DNA of 64,000 bases from Patescibacteria group bacterium UBA6241 (GCA_002441425.1 DJWB01000001.1:15087-79086), one strand, 5' to 3'. Positions 40,028 to 50,478 are shown, counted from the stretch's first letter. The notes: generated by a model from the letters alone, not told the origin. A program made the numbers and translations.

Positions 40028-40921
40028 ATGGCTGATTTGTATCAAGAGAGATCGCATAACGTGTTCAAGACCTACCTACTCATGGGAGTGTTCTTGATTG
40101 TAGTTATTGCCATTGGATGGGCAGTCTCTTGGTACTACAACTCCCCTGCTATTTTGTACGGAGCTGTTATCTTCTCAGTGCTCATGAATGTGGGGAGCTA
40201 CTGGTTCTCAGACAAAATAGCGCTCTCAATGAATGGGGCGCACCCTGCAACTCGTGAAGAGCATTTTGATCTCTATACCGTTACGGAGAATCTCTCAATA
40301 ACAGCGGGGATGGCTATGCCGAAGTTGTATGTGATAGAGGATCCAGCGCCGAATGCGTTTGCTACCGGAAGGGATGAGAAGCATGCAGTTGTTGCCGCAA
40401 CAACAGGACTTTTGTCTTTGCTTACGCGTGCAGAACTTGAGGGAGTTATCGCGCACGAGCTCTCACACATTCGCAACAAAGACATGCTGGTTATGACCGT
40501 TGCTGTAGTGCTTGCGGGCTTCATCGCCATAATTGCTGACATCTTCCTTCGCATGTCTTTGTTTGGAGGCGGGGACAGAGGAGACAACAAGAACGGAGCA
40601 CTCTTTTTGGTGCTTGCGCTTGTTGCGGCAATCCTGGCTCCCCTTGCAGCACAGTTGATCCAGATGGCTATCTCACGCCGTAGAGAGTTTCTTGCAGATT
40701 CTTCTGGTGCACTCCTTACGAGATACCCAGAGGGACTTGCCTCCGCACTTCAGAAGATTAGCGGGTACGCGCAGCCCATGAAGCGCGCAAATCATGCAAC
40801 AGCACACCTGTTCATCGGAAATCCCTTTGGAAACCAGGCAGGTAAGTTTATGAATCGCATGTTCTCAACGCATCCTCCTGTTGAAGAGCGCGTTGAAGCA
40901 TTGCTTGGAAAGGGCGCGTAG
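40028..40921 (+). CDS. htpX: zinc metalloprotease HtpX (M48 family)
   Basis: HELSHIRNKD HExxH motif, four TMs, typical of a LemA-HtpX pair. Confidence 0.8.
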   Translation: MADLYQERSHNVFKTYLLMGVFLIVVIAIGWAVSWYYNSPAILYGAVIFSVLMNVGSYWFSDKIALSMNGAHPATREEHFDLYTVTENLSITAGMAMPKLYVIEDPAPNAFATGRDEKHAVVAATTGLLSLLTRAELEGVIAHELSHIRNKDMLVMTVAVVLAGFIAIIADIFLRMSLFGGGDRGDNKNGALFLVLALVAAILAPLAAQLIQMAISRRREFLADSSGALLTRYPEGLASALQKISGYAQPMKRANHATAHLFIGNPFGNQAGKFMNRMFSTHPPVEERVEALLGKGA

Positions 40922-40954
40922 CGAACAGGAATTCGTGGTATAACAGCCACGCAC

Positions 40955-41041
40955 GGAGGCGTCGCATAGTGGTCTAGTGCACCGCCTTGGAAAGGCGGCA
41001 GGCCTGAAAGGGTCTCGAGAGTTCGAATCTCTCCGCCTCCG
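40955..41041 (+). tRNA. tRNA-Ser (anticodon GGA)
   Basis: Manual fold: 7-bp acceptor GGAGGCG/CGCCTCC, anticodon loop TTGGAAA, long variable arm, T-loop GTTCGAATC. CCA not encoded. Confidence 0.75.
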
Positions 41042-41090
41042 CACTAAAAACCTGTTATCGGCAGACCCGAGTGCCTGATATAATGGTCAT

Positions 41091-41615
41091 ATGGTATCGG
41101 CTTTCGTTATATCTCAAATATTGGTGGGAGGGGCACTGGTTTTGAACCTACTCTCCTTCCAATTCAAGAGGCGAGTGGTCGTCATTACACTACTCGCTCT
41201 CTCGACAGCTCTTGTCGCAGGCCAACTTTATTTCCTCGGACAAGCAACTGCTGCCCTCCTCGTTCTCTACGCTGTTGTCTATTTTCTTGTAAGTCTCAAG
41301 ACTATCGATCGCCGCGTAATGGCCTTGTTTATGCTTGGTGCGGTGGCGATATTCGTCACGCGCTACTCGTCTTGGCTCGACTGGTTCATGGTTGTCTCAA
41401 GTCTTCTTACTCTGCTTTCCTTGTACAACCCAAGTCAGAAGCGAATGCGTGAGTTCCAATTCGCAGGAACTTCCGTCCGTATCGCGTATTACAGTATTTT
41501 GTTCTCACCTGTCGGCATTCTCCTTGAAGTCGCCTTGCTCATTTCCAATATAACGAGTTATTGGCGTTTTTATGTAAAAAGTCAGCCGACCCACAGACCT
41601 CGGCAGGTTCCATAG
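41091..41615 (+). CDS. YgjV-like inner membrane protein
   Basis: 174 aa polytopic. Motif resemblance to the Imp-YgjV family. Slightly higher GC and a different codon flavour from its neighbours. Confidence 0.4.
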   Translation: MVSAFVISQILVGGALVLNLLSFQFKRRVVVITLLALSTALVAGQLYFLGQATAALLVLYAVVYFLVSLKTIDRRVMALFMLGAVAIFVTRYSSWLDWFMVVSSLLTLLSLYNPSQKRMREFQFAGTSVRIAYYSILFSPVGILLEVALLISNITSYWRFYVKSQPTHRPRQVP

Positions 41616-41751
41616 AAATGCCCCAGAATACCCTTGTGGGGTCTCACCGCTCTGGTACTGAACCCGACTGTCCCGCCTGAAGTGCTTAGTATCGGAAGAG
41701 TTCGCCATAACCTATCTTGTTGAAGACCACACTTAATGGGATAATAAATGT

Positions 41752-42213
41752 GTGTCCAGGTATTTTCAAAACAAGCAACTTTGGCGATGGATAGGTCTCA
41801 TTCTCGTGGGAGGACTAGTCTTGGTGTCATGGTGGGCAGGGTGGTTTCAAATTGTTTTCTATATTTTGGGGTTGTATGCGGCCGTTTATATAATTTCCTA
41901 TCTTTTTAGGACTACTGCAGTAATAGGTTTCCTGCTCGCGATTGGGGGAACGATTTTGTATATAGGATCACTGCTGCTCGGTCTTTACCTACTTTGGCAA
42001 ATTTTAACGATGATGTTCACTGGAAGCTTTCTACTAGGTTTTCTTTTTCTGTTACTTCTTGGAGCATTTGGTAGTTTCGTACCAATGGCAGTCGGCATGA
42101 CCCTAGGCTACCCTCTATTGTTCATATCAGAAGATATTGAAAGGAGATTCCCTTCGGTTGAATCACCCCAACCTAAAAAAGTTGAGTTTACAGAAATAGA
42201 AACAGGGGAATAA
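41752..42213 (+). CDS. 4-TM small membrane protein (hypothetical), low GC
   Basis: 153 aa, W-rich TM helices, acidic C-terminal tail. Confidence 0.4.
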   Translation: MSRYFQNKQLWRWIGLILVGGLVLVSWWAGWFQIVFYILGLYAAVYIISYLFRTTAVIGFLLAIGGTILYIGSLLLGLYLLWQILTMMFTGSFLLGFLFLLLLGAFGSFVPMAVGMTLGYPLLFISEDIERRFPSVESPQPKKVEFTEIETGE

Positions 42214-42214
42214 A

Positions 42215-42559
42215 ATGACAATAAGCAAAAGAAAAAATACCGTACTGTTAGCTGCAGTTATTTTTCTTTTCCTCGCCTTATTTGATGGGTGGCAGTATGG
42301 ATTTTTTACTATGCTGCGCTTCGTTGTTTTTGCAGCGACTGCGTATGTTGCCTGGTTAGCCTATAAGGGGCAAAAAGAGAAATGGGTTTGGGTTTTTGGA
42401 TTTATTGCTGTGCTTTTTAATCCTCTCATCCCTATATACCTCAATCGTGAAACTTGGACGACGATCGATCTTATCGTAGGTCTATTTCTATTACTATCAA
42501 TACATTTCTTTAAACTGAAAGAAGAAATAACTTTAGGTACTTCTTCAAGCAATACCTAG
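42215..42559 (+). CDS. 3-TM small membrane protein (hypothetical), low GC
   Basis: Start 1 nt after the previous stop, so translationally coupled. 114 aa. Confidence 0.4.
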   Translation: MTISKRKNTVLLAAVIFLFLALFDGWQYGFFTMLRFVVFAATAYVAWLAYKGQKEKWVWVFGFIAVLFNPLIPIYLNRETWTTIDLIVGLFLLLSIHFFKLKEEITLGTSSSNT

Positions 42560-43155
42560 TCCCTTTTCTTAAGTGTCTCGTACACATGCTCCCCAAGCTG
42601 AAACTTCTGTTGAAGCCCTTGAACAGATCCAGCTTCAAACCATTCTGAACTGAGGTCCAAAGCAACAGGATCTTCGCTACGATATGTATTCCAACCCAAA
42701 AGAAGCGTTGCGCCTGGCTTCATAATCTTAGCCATAGCTTTAAATGCTTCTCGCTGTCCTTCAGCAGTATTGATACCCCATCCAAATACGCCATTGCAGA
42801 ACACAACATCAAATTCATTCGTAGGGAACAACTGGTCTGCCTTAGTTAAGTCTCCTATTACATGACGTCCTGGATTCCCCCAGCGAGCCTGGTCTGCTTC
42901 TAGCTCAAGTGTCCAGCAAGTGCCCTCATTCTTTTCTAGAAGTTTTGAATATGTGCGTGTGTACCGCTCACACCCAACCCACAACATGGTGCCGCCATTC
43001 TTTGCGAACAAGGGAAGTATCTTCTTAACTAGAAAGACGCGATCCGGACTGCGCATTGCCCAGAAATACCCGAAGAGTTTCTTCTGCATCTTCTTTGGAA
43101 GAAGAGCAACTGACTTTTTGAAGAGGGTACGGAAAGGTTTCGTAAGGGATTCCAT
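42556..43155 (-). CDS. putative class I SAM-dependent methyltransferase
   Basis: Motif-I-like GTMLWVGCE and post-I DVVFCNGVFGW. Start taken at MESLTKPF. Confidence 0.4.
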   Translation of the reverse strand: MESLTKPFRTLFKKSVALLPKKMQKKLFGYFWAMRSPDRVFLVKKILPLFAKNGGTMLWVGCERYTRTYSKLLEKNEGTCWTLELEADQARWGNPGRHVIGDLTKADQLFPTNEFDVVFCNGVFGWGINTAEGQREAFKAMAKIMKPGATLLLGWNTYRSEDPVALDLSSEWFEAGSVQGLQQKFQLGEHVYETLKKRD

Positions 43156-43241
43156 ATTGCAAAAGTATTCGCTATTTACGAGCCTGGAGCAAGTTCCGTG
43201 TGTGTTTTGGGAGATGTACAAATACAGCTACAATATAAGGT

Positions 43242-43685
43242 ATGAACAAGATAGCTCTCGCCCTCCTCATAGGCACAGGATTAGTTCTTGCTGGAATATT
43301 CTATGCAACGAAAGCGTACGCACCTATTGAGGAGACTCCACAGCAAGCAGAAGAGAACTTTACGTATGAAGTTGTAGATACAGATGCAACACGTGAGCAA
43401 GGACTGAGTGGGAGAACGAGCATCCCAGAAAACTATGGAATGCTCTTTGTGTTTCCAAAGAAAGACCTGCACGGCTTTTGGATGAAAGACATGCAGTTTG
43501 CAATAGATATGATCTGGATCAATGAAGAGGGAATTATTGTAGGAATAGAAAGGGGAGCAACACCTGAATCTTTCCCGCAATCCTTCTTCCCTCCTGAACC
43601 AGTTCCTTATGTGCTTGAAACCGTGCCCGGAGAAGCAGAAAGACAGGGCTGGAGTGTTGGGACACAGCTTGTATTGCCACTCTAG
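43242..43685 (+). CDS. DUF192 (COG1430) domain protein with N-terminal anchor
   Basis: GLSGRTSIPENYGMLFVFPK...MKDMQFAIDMIWINEEG matches the DUF192 pattern. Confidence 0.55.
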   Translation: MNKIALALLIGTGLVLAGIFYATKAYAPIEETPQQAEENFTYEVVDTDATREQGLSGRTSIPENYGMLFVFPKKDLHGFWMKDMQFAIDMIWINEEGIIVGIERGATPESFPQSFFPPEPVPYVLETVPGEAERQGWSVGTQLVLPL

Positions 43686-43715
43686 CGAATATAGCCATAT
43701 CGTGGCATAATCTTT

Positions 43716-44050
43716 ATGGACCGGTCCAGACGGTTGCTCTTGCGTGTTTACACGCTGGAGAGGAAAGTCCGAACACAGGCAGCATCTGCTGCAGACAGGT
43801 AGCGGGTAACGCCCGTCCGCCGAAAGGCGCGAGGTGCGAACAGAAACGCTCAATTCCGAAAGGATAGAGACTCTTTCAAAGAGTGTCCTGAAGGCGACTT
43901 CAGGCTGAAACGGCTAAATCCTTACCCCTGTGCAAGGCCGTGCCCGTCATTGTGCGGGAGCGCCGCTTGAGGGTGTTGGTAACAACACTCCCAGATAGAT
44001 AACCATCCTCTTCTTTGAAGGGACAGAATTCGGCTTATCGGACCGGTATC
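43716..44050 (+). ncRNA. rnpB: RNase P RNA (bacterial type, reduced ~335 nt)
   Basis: GGAAAGTCCG (P4 5' strand), GGTAACGCCCG, ACAGAAACGCTC and the 3' ACAGAATTCGGCTTATCGGACCGG, which pairs with the 5' GGACCGGTCC. Boundaries are approximate. Confidence 0.65.
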
Positions 44051-44177
44051 CATCATTCGTGCAAAACCCGCCCTAACCGGCGGGTTTTGCCTATGTATGT
44101 CCCCACCTTTATAGAGGGGTGCTCATGCGTGCGCGGTATACTGAGGATATTACCAGGGCCGTTTTTAATTATATCTA

Positions 44178-46603
44178 TGCACGAGAATTCAACTGGAGTA
44201 CGACCAGCACGCACAAAGCGTCTGTCATTTGATGTTGCCACAAGCTGGGCAGCAGTGCTCACGCTTGCACTAGGCGTTGTAGCGTTTATCCCTGTCATTA
44301 CTATTCCGTTTCTGTATACGAAAGTAACGATCATTGCACTTGGTGCACTCGTTACGCTTGCGCTCTTCATCCTTGCGCGACTTACACGTGGAAATGTTAT
44401 TGTGCCGCCGCTTCCTCTTCTAGGAGCGCTCTGGCTTGTACCACTTGCATACCTCCTCTCATCTCTATTCTCAGGAGTAGGTATTCAGAATGGATTCTTT
44501 GGTACGGAGCTTGAGACAGATACCTTTGGATTTGTCTTAATCCTCGCTGCGCTCGCAACGCTGACGGCCCTCGCGTTCCGCCGCACACAAAGCTACCAGA
44601 CCTTCTTTAAGGTTGGGTCTATTGTCTTTGGAATTACGCTAGTTGCGCAGGCGTTAATTCTTATCGTTGGCCGCATTGCGCCTAACTTCATTTCTCCAAC
44701 AACTAACCTCATAGGTTCATTCTCTGACTTTGGTATGTTCGTTGGTCTTGGAGTTGTGTTGAGCTTGCTCGCCATTCGCTTGCTTCCTGTTACTGGACGC
44801 AACCGCACCCTTCTTCTCGTAGGGGGAGGTATTGGATTGCTCATGCTTGCACTCGTGAATTCAACACTCGTGTGGTCACTCGTGGCGCTTGTATCACTTG
44901 CGCTCTTTATTGAAGCCATTATGCGTCGTCGCCCGAGTGCTGATGATTCAGATCTAGATGGCGTTGCGCTTATGCTCGCGGAAACAGATTCTGAGGATGA
45001 TGCAGGTTCTTCTCGCTCTCTAGCAGCACCGCTTGCCACACTCGCTATCTCCCTCTTCTTCCTCATTGGAGGATCTACGATAGGGAATGCGCTCGTTACT
45101 GCACTTGGAACGAACGTTATTGATGTACGTCCATCATGGCAGTCCACCTTTGAAATTGGAGGACACACCTACGCATCTTCACCACTCTTTGGTTCTGGTC
45201 CTGGAACCTTCGGATCTCAGTGGACACAGTTCAAGGATCGTAGTCTGAACGACACCATCTTCTGGAACATAGACTTCACTTCTGGTATTGGATTTATTCC
45301 TTCATCATTCGTAACAACAGGTCTCGTTGGAGCTCTTGCATGGATTGGATTCATTGGGCTCTTCCTCTTCTTTGGTCTTCGTATGCTTTTGCTGCGTTTG
45401 CCACAGGACCCATTCATCCGCTTTGTATCTGCAGCATCCTTTACCGGTATGGTGTACGTGATTGCGCTCGCCATATTCAACGTGCCAGGTCCGCTTGTCT
45501 TGCTCGCTGGATTCTTGCTCGCAGGTTTGTTTGTGTCCTCAACAAGGTACGGCACACATGCACGTGAATGGGGAGTTATCTTCGCACGCAGTCCTCGCAT
45601 TGGATTCATCATCGTGTTTGCACTTACCCTGCTCTTGCTCGCATCTATCGTTGCTGCGTATGTAGTTATTGAGCGCTACCTTGCAAGCGTTGCGTACACA
45701 GAAGCAACAGCTGCACTCTCAGCTGGAAATCTAGCAGAGGCAGAGGCAGATATCTCTCGCTCAATTCTCTTTGCTCCTTCAGATCGTGCATATCAACTCG
45801 CTGCAGGTATTGGAATTGCACGCATGAATACTATTGCGTCTGACGCATCTCTTGCTGCAGCAGATGCGCAGCAGCAGTTCCAGCAGGCACTCTCAGGAAG
45901 TATTGAGGCTGCACTCACTGCAACACGCCTTGGCCCAAACAACTACCAGAACTGGGCAATCCTTGGAAACGTGTATCAGACCGTTGTGCCGCTTAACATT
46001 GAAGGAGCATATGACAATGCTAAGGCAGCGTACGACAAAGCGGTTGCACTAAACCCAACGAACCCTACATTGCCATTCGTACTTGCTCAGCTTGAGATTG
46101 CGAACGAGAATCCTGAGGCAGCAGGAGAGAACCTTATGCAGGCAATTAACCTTAAGCGTGATTACACGGAAGCTATCTTCCTCCTCTCACAGCTTGAGGT
46201 TCAGCAGGGACGTGCACGAGAGGCGCTAGAAGCAGCACAGGCAGCAGCGTACTTTGCGCCAAACGATCCTGTTATTCTCTTCCAGGTTGGTATCTTGCGC
46301 TCAGCAAACGGAGACAACCCAGGAGCTATTCAGGCACTTGCACGTTCTGTTGAACTCAATCCTCAGTACGCAAACGCTCGTTTCTTCCTCGGCGTTATGT
46401 ACGGTATTAGTGGCCAGTACGATCGTGCTATTGCAGAACTTGAGGCAGTTGCAGCACTCTCTCCAGAGAACGGAGAGGCAATTGCAGCAGACCTTGCAGC
46501 ACTTCGTCAGGGAAGGAATCCATTCCCACCGTCTCGTCTTGGAGCATTGGGAATTCCACAGGGCTCTCTTAACGAGTCTGCAACTAATCCGACCGGACAG
46601 TAG
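44178..46603 (+). CDS. O-antigen ligase/Wzy_C-like polytopic membrane protein with C-terminal TPR repeats
   Basis: ~12 TMs with a large external loop. The C-terminal ~300 aa carry TPR-like repeats (AYDKAVALNPTNP, ALARSVELNPQYANARFFLGVMY). The table start at 44015 overlaps rnpB, so the start is set at 44178. Confidence 0.5.
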
Positions 46604-46618
46604 TTCTCACGGGCGTAC

Positions 46619-48301
46619 ATGGTTCGCGCAATATTAAAAACACTTTCAGCACCGGTACGCGGCCTTCATCAGGCCGCGTACGTGCTTGCTGGGCTTACGC
46701 TTGCTTCCCAGATACTTGCACTGCTTCGCGACAGGCTCTTTGCACATAGCTTTGGAGCGAGTGAAGTCTTGGATCTGTACTATGCAGCGTTCAAGGTTCC
46801 TGATCTTGTATTTGCGCTCGTGGCATCTCTCGTATCTGCGTATGTGCTCATTCCGCGTATTGTAGGAGGAAACAAAGAGCACAACAGGCAATTACTTTCA
46901 CAAACAACATCCTTCCTTCTTATTGGAGGAGGATTCTTGTGTCTTGTGCTCGCCTTGTTTGTGCCTTCGTTTATCTTTGTGCTGTTCCCGAATGCTGCAA
47001 ACACAGAGCACTCAGAATCATTTGTATTGCTAACGAGATTGCTTCTCATTCAGCCAATACTGCTCGGTCTTTCTGGAATCGTAACGAGCGTAACGCAGGT
47101 AAGTAGAAGGTTTGTATTGTTCGCACTGTCTCCGGTTCTCTATAACTTGGGAATTATATTCGGGACGGTAGTGCTGTATCCAATCTACGGTCTTGTGGGT
47201 ATTGGAATGGGTGTGCTTTTAGGAGCACTCGCGCACCTTGCAGTGCATATCCCCGTGCTTATGCATGCAAAGCTTCTTCCGCGGCTTACGCTCCCATCCT
47301 TCACTGTATTGTGGCCTGTTGTTCGGGACTCTGTACCACGCTCTTTAGCGCTTGCGATGGGTTCTGTAACCACATTGCTTCTTACTATCCTCGCTGCACG
47401 CACCGGGGAGGGAAGCATTGCAGTGTATACGCTTGCAAGCAACTTACAGGCAGTCCCGCTTTCACTTATTGGAGCCTCGTATGCAACGGCAGCATTCCCC
47501 GTTCTTGCTGAATCTATGGAAGCAAAGAAGTACGAAGCATTTAAGTCTACGCTTTCAGCAGCAGCCCGGCACATTATCTTCTGGTCTGCGATTGTTGCAG
47601 TGCTTACTCTTGTATTGCGCGCACATCTCGTACGCATCGTACTTGGTACAGGTGCCTTTGATTGGAATGCAACAAAGTTAACTGCTGCGATTCTTGCGGT
47701 GCTTGTTTCAGCACTTATTGCGCAAGGCTTAGTCTTGCTCGCGTCTCGTGCCTTTTACGCGGCACAGAAGTCTTGGAACCCACTTATTATTCAGGCAATA
47801 GGTGCGGTTATTTCTGTCTTCTTTGCGTGGGGAGCCCTGCAATTGGCGGAAGCAATGCCCATGTTCAAGTACTTCATTGAGGCACTCTTCCGTATTGAGG
47901 ACACTGCTGGTTCTGCAATTCTTCTCATAGCGCTTGGTGCAGCACTCGGGCAGCTTGCTACAGGAGCTATTGCACTCCTTACCCTTAAGAGTGTTGCGCC
48001 TGGTGTAGCACGAAGTTTGCTCCGCCCTTTGTTTGAGGGGCTTGGAGCAGCGATTCTTGGAGGCGCTGCTACATACGGAGTGCTCTCCTTTACGGCGTCG
48101 CTGGCTCCCGCAACGACACTTCTGATCGTCTTTGCCGAAGCTGCGCTTGCTGGTATGGTGGGACTTACGGTAGCGGCAGCAGTTCTTGCCCTTCTTGCCA
48201 ATCAAGAATTCAAAGATCTCGTTGCCTCTCTGCGGCGTTTGAAACTAGGGACCGCACTTAAGCCATCTGGCCCAGTGCTCTCAGATCGTTCAGACGCGTA
48301 G
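46619..48301 (+). CDS. murJ: lipid II flippase MurJ (MviN)
   Basis: N-terminal region LASQILALLRDRLFAHSFGASEVLDLYYAAFKVPD. 14-TM length. Confidence 0.75.
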   Translation: MVRAILKTLSAPVRGLHQAAYVLAGLTLASQILALLRDRLFAHSFGASEVLDLYYAAFKVPDLVFALVASLVSAYVLIPRIVGGNKEHNRQLLSQTTSFLLIGGGFLCLVLALFVPSFIFVLFPNAANTEHSESFVLLTRLLLIQPILLGLSGIVTSVTQVSRRFVLFALSPVLYNLGIIFGTVVLYPIYGLVGIGMGVLLGALAHLAVHIPVLMHAKLLPRLTLPSFTVLWPVVRDSVPRSLALAMGSVTTLLLTILAARTGEGSIAVYTLASNLQAVPLSLIGASYATAAFPVLAESMEAKKYEAFKSTLSAAARHIIFWSAIVAVLTLVLRAHLVRIVLGTGAFDWNATKLTAAILAVLVSALIAQGLVLLASRAFYAAQKSWNPLIIQAIGAVISVFFAWGALQLAEAMPMFKYFIEALFRIEDTAGSAILLIALGAALGQLATGAIALLTLKSVAPGVARSLLRPLFEGLGAAILGGAATYGVLSFTASLAPATTLLIVFAEAALAGMVGLTVAAAVLALLANQEFKDLVASLRRLKLGTALKPSGPVLSDRSDA

Positions 48302-48307
48302 TACGCC

Positions 48308-50098
48308 ATGAACATACGAAACTTCAGCATCATCGCCCATATTGACCATGGGAAGTCTACTCTCGCAGATAGGCTTCTTGAGCGTACCGGAACTATTGAA
48401 GCGCGAAAGATGCGTGATCAGGTTCTGGACAAGATGGACTTGGAGCGTGAGCGCGGCATCACTATTAAGATGCAGCCTGCGCGCATGCAGTACCGTGCTA
48501 AAGACGGAACTGCATACATTCTTAATCTCATTGATACACCTGGGCACATTGATTTTGCCTATGAAGTGTCTAGAGCACTTTCAGCGGTTGAGGGAGTTAT
48601 TCTTCTCGTTGATTCAACTCAAGGAATTCAAGCGCAGACACTTACAACACTCGGCATGGCACGCAGTGCGGGGTGTGTGATTATTCCAGTTCTTTCCAAG
48701 ATTGATGCACCTGCAGCGAGAGTTGAGGACGTAACGCTTGAGCTCGCAGAACTTTTAAATATTGAACCTGAGACTGTGCTTGCAGTATCGGGACGCACTG
48801 GAGAGGGAGTTGAAGAGCTTCTTGAAGCAGTTATTGCACGTGTGCCTGCTCCGCGCGCAAGCGAAGCAGGAGATTCTCGTGCGCTTATTTTTGATTTCTC
48901 TTTCACTCCACATCGCGGCATTGCAGTCTTTGCGCGCGTGTTTGATGGCACGTTTAAGAAAGGAGATGTGCTGCGTTTTGCTGCAGCTGAGCAGAAGTTC
49001 ACCGCGCTTGAGACAGGTATTTTCATGCCAGACGAACTGCAGACTGAGAGCCTGTCTGCAGGAGAAATTGGTTATATCGTAACGGGAGTTAAGGAGGCCG
49101 GAGTGGTTGCGGTTGGAGACACGATCCTCACCGATAAAGGCCCTCGGAAGGCCCTGGGAGGCTTTGAGAGGCCACGTCCGGTGGTATGGGCCTCTGTATA
49201 CCCTGAGAGCCAGGATGACCTTACAGAGCTTCGTCAGTCCTTGGAGCGTTTGCGCCTTTCTGATTCATCTCTTTCCTTTGAAGAGGAATCTTCAGGAGTA
49301 TTGGGTCGCGGATTCCGCTGCGGGTTCCTTGGCATGCTGCACCTAGAAATTGTGACTGAAAGACTCAAGAGAGAATTCAATCTATCTCTCATAGTTACCA
49401 TTCCAACAATTGCCTACATTGTTACGGCAAAGAATGGCAAGCGTGAGACGGTGTACACACCATCTAAGTTTCCTGCGTTCGGAGACATCCAAGCAATTGA
49501 GGAGCCGTGGGTAAAAGTGGTGCTCATAACACCAGCAGAGACACTCTCTTCAATGATCCAACTTTTCCATGACCATGAGGGAGCGGTGATGGATACAGAA
49601 ACACACATGGATGGCCGCATTGAACTTGCTGCTGAGATGCCGCTGAGAGAGCTTATGCGAGGATTCTTTGACAAGGTTAAGAATGCTTCCTCCGGCTATG
49701 CATCACTCTCCTACGAATTCCTTGATGAGCGACCTGCAGACGTGGTGAAGCTTGAGATCTATGTAGCTGAAGAGCCAGTACCCGCATTTGCCCGCGTGGT
49801 ATCTCGGAGACGCGTTGAGGAGGAGGGGCAACGTATGGTTGAGAAGCTTGAAAAGATACTTCCAAGGCAAATGTTCGTACTTAAGATTCAGGCACATGCC
49901 CTTGGTCGCATTATTGCGTCTAAGTCTATTTCAGCACTGCGTAAGGACGTAACCGGATACCTCTATGGAGGAGATATTACTCGTAAGATGAAACTTCTAG
50001 AAAAGCAGAAGAAAGGAAAGAAGCGCCGTGGAGAGCACGCAAAGATGGACATCCCACAGGATGTATTCATGAAGATGGTGCAGGATAGCGATCGCTAG
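48308..50098 (+). CDS. lepA: elongation factor 4 (LepA)
   Basis: NIRNFSIIAHIDHGKSTL, DTPGHIDF, and the LepA-specific C-terminal domain (GDITRKMKLLEKQKKGKKR). Confidence 0.9.
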   Translation: MNIRNFSIIAHIDHGKSTLADRLLERTGTIEARKMRDQVLDKMDLERERGITIKMQPARMQYRAKDGTAYILNLIDTPGHIDFAYEVSRALSAVEGVILLVDSTQGIQAQTLTTLGMARSAGCVIIPVLSKIDAPAARVEDVTLELAELLNIEPETVLAVSGRTGEGVEELLEAVIARVPAPRASEAGDSRALIFDFSFTPHRGIAVFARVFDGTFKKGDVLRFAAAEQKFTALETGIFMPDELQTESLSAGEIGYIVTGVKEAGVVAVGDTILTDKGPRKALGGFERPRPVVWASVYPESQDDLTELRQSLERLRLSDSSLSFEEESSGVLGRGFRCGFLGMLHLEIVTERLKREFNLSLIVTIPTIAYIVTAKNGKRETVYTPSKFPAFGDIQAIEEPWVKVVLITPAETLSSMIQLFHDHEGAVMDTETHMDGRIELAAEMPLRELMRGFFDKVKNASSGYASLSYEFLDERPADVVKLEIYVAEEPVPAFARVVSRRRVEEEGQRMVEKLEKILPRQMFVLKIQAHALGRIIASKSISALRKDVTGYLYGGDITRKMKLLEKQKKGKKRRGEHAKMDIPQDVFMKMVQDSDR

Positions 50099-50115
50099 TT
50101 GGTATACTGAGAGGA

Positions 50116-50478
50116 ATGCCACGCAAAGCAACGAAGCAAAGAGTTGGACAGTATGCACTGGCGGCCCTGCTTGCGCTGCTGTTGCTGTGGCTTATGTTTT
50201 TAGTGTGGGGAATTGCGCGAAAGGAAGAGATTGCTCGCAAGGCTGTTAATGATCGGAAAGCTGAGCTTGCACTCCTTACAGAACGCCAAGGAATTCTACA
50301 GCAAAACATAGACGAGCTTTCAACAATGCGCGGGCATGAAGCAACACTCCGACAGACCTACGGAGTAGCTCGCCCGGGAGAGGAGGTGATTATCGTAGTT
50401 CCTCCAAAGGAGGTGCCAGTCGTTGAAGAGAAGCGTTGGTATGAAAAGCTTTTTGAAGGGGTAATGTTTTGGAAATAA
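50116..50478 (+). CDS. FtsB/DivIC-like septum formation initiator
   Basis: One TM followed by a coiled coil (LALLTERQGILQQNIDELS). Confidence 0.4.
   Translation: MPRKATKQRVGQYALAALLALLLLWLMFLVWGIARKEEIARKAVNDRKAELALLTERQGILQQNIDELSTMRGHEATLRQTYGVARPGEEVIIVVPPKEVPVVEEKRWYEKLFEGVMFWK

Noticed and set aside
40955-43700. att-type direct repeats of the tRNA-Ser 3' end that would delimit an integrated island
   Set aside because: I could not find a convincing repeat of 15 bp or more of the tRNA 3' end by eye, so the island interpretation remains compositional inference only.
44015-44177. N-terminal extension of the Wzy/TPR ORF (table start 44015)
   Set aside because: It overlaps the 3' end of rnpB and encodes Cys/Arg-rich non-membrane sequence. 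The first plausible start is ATG 44178, just before the first TM.
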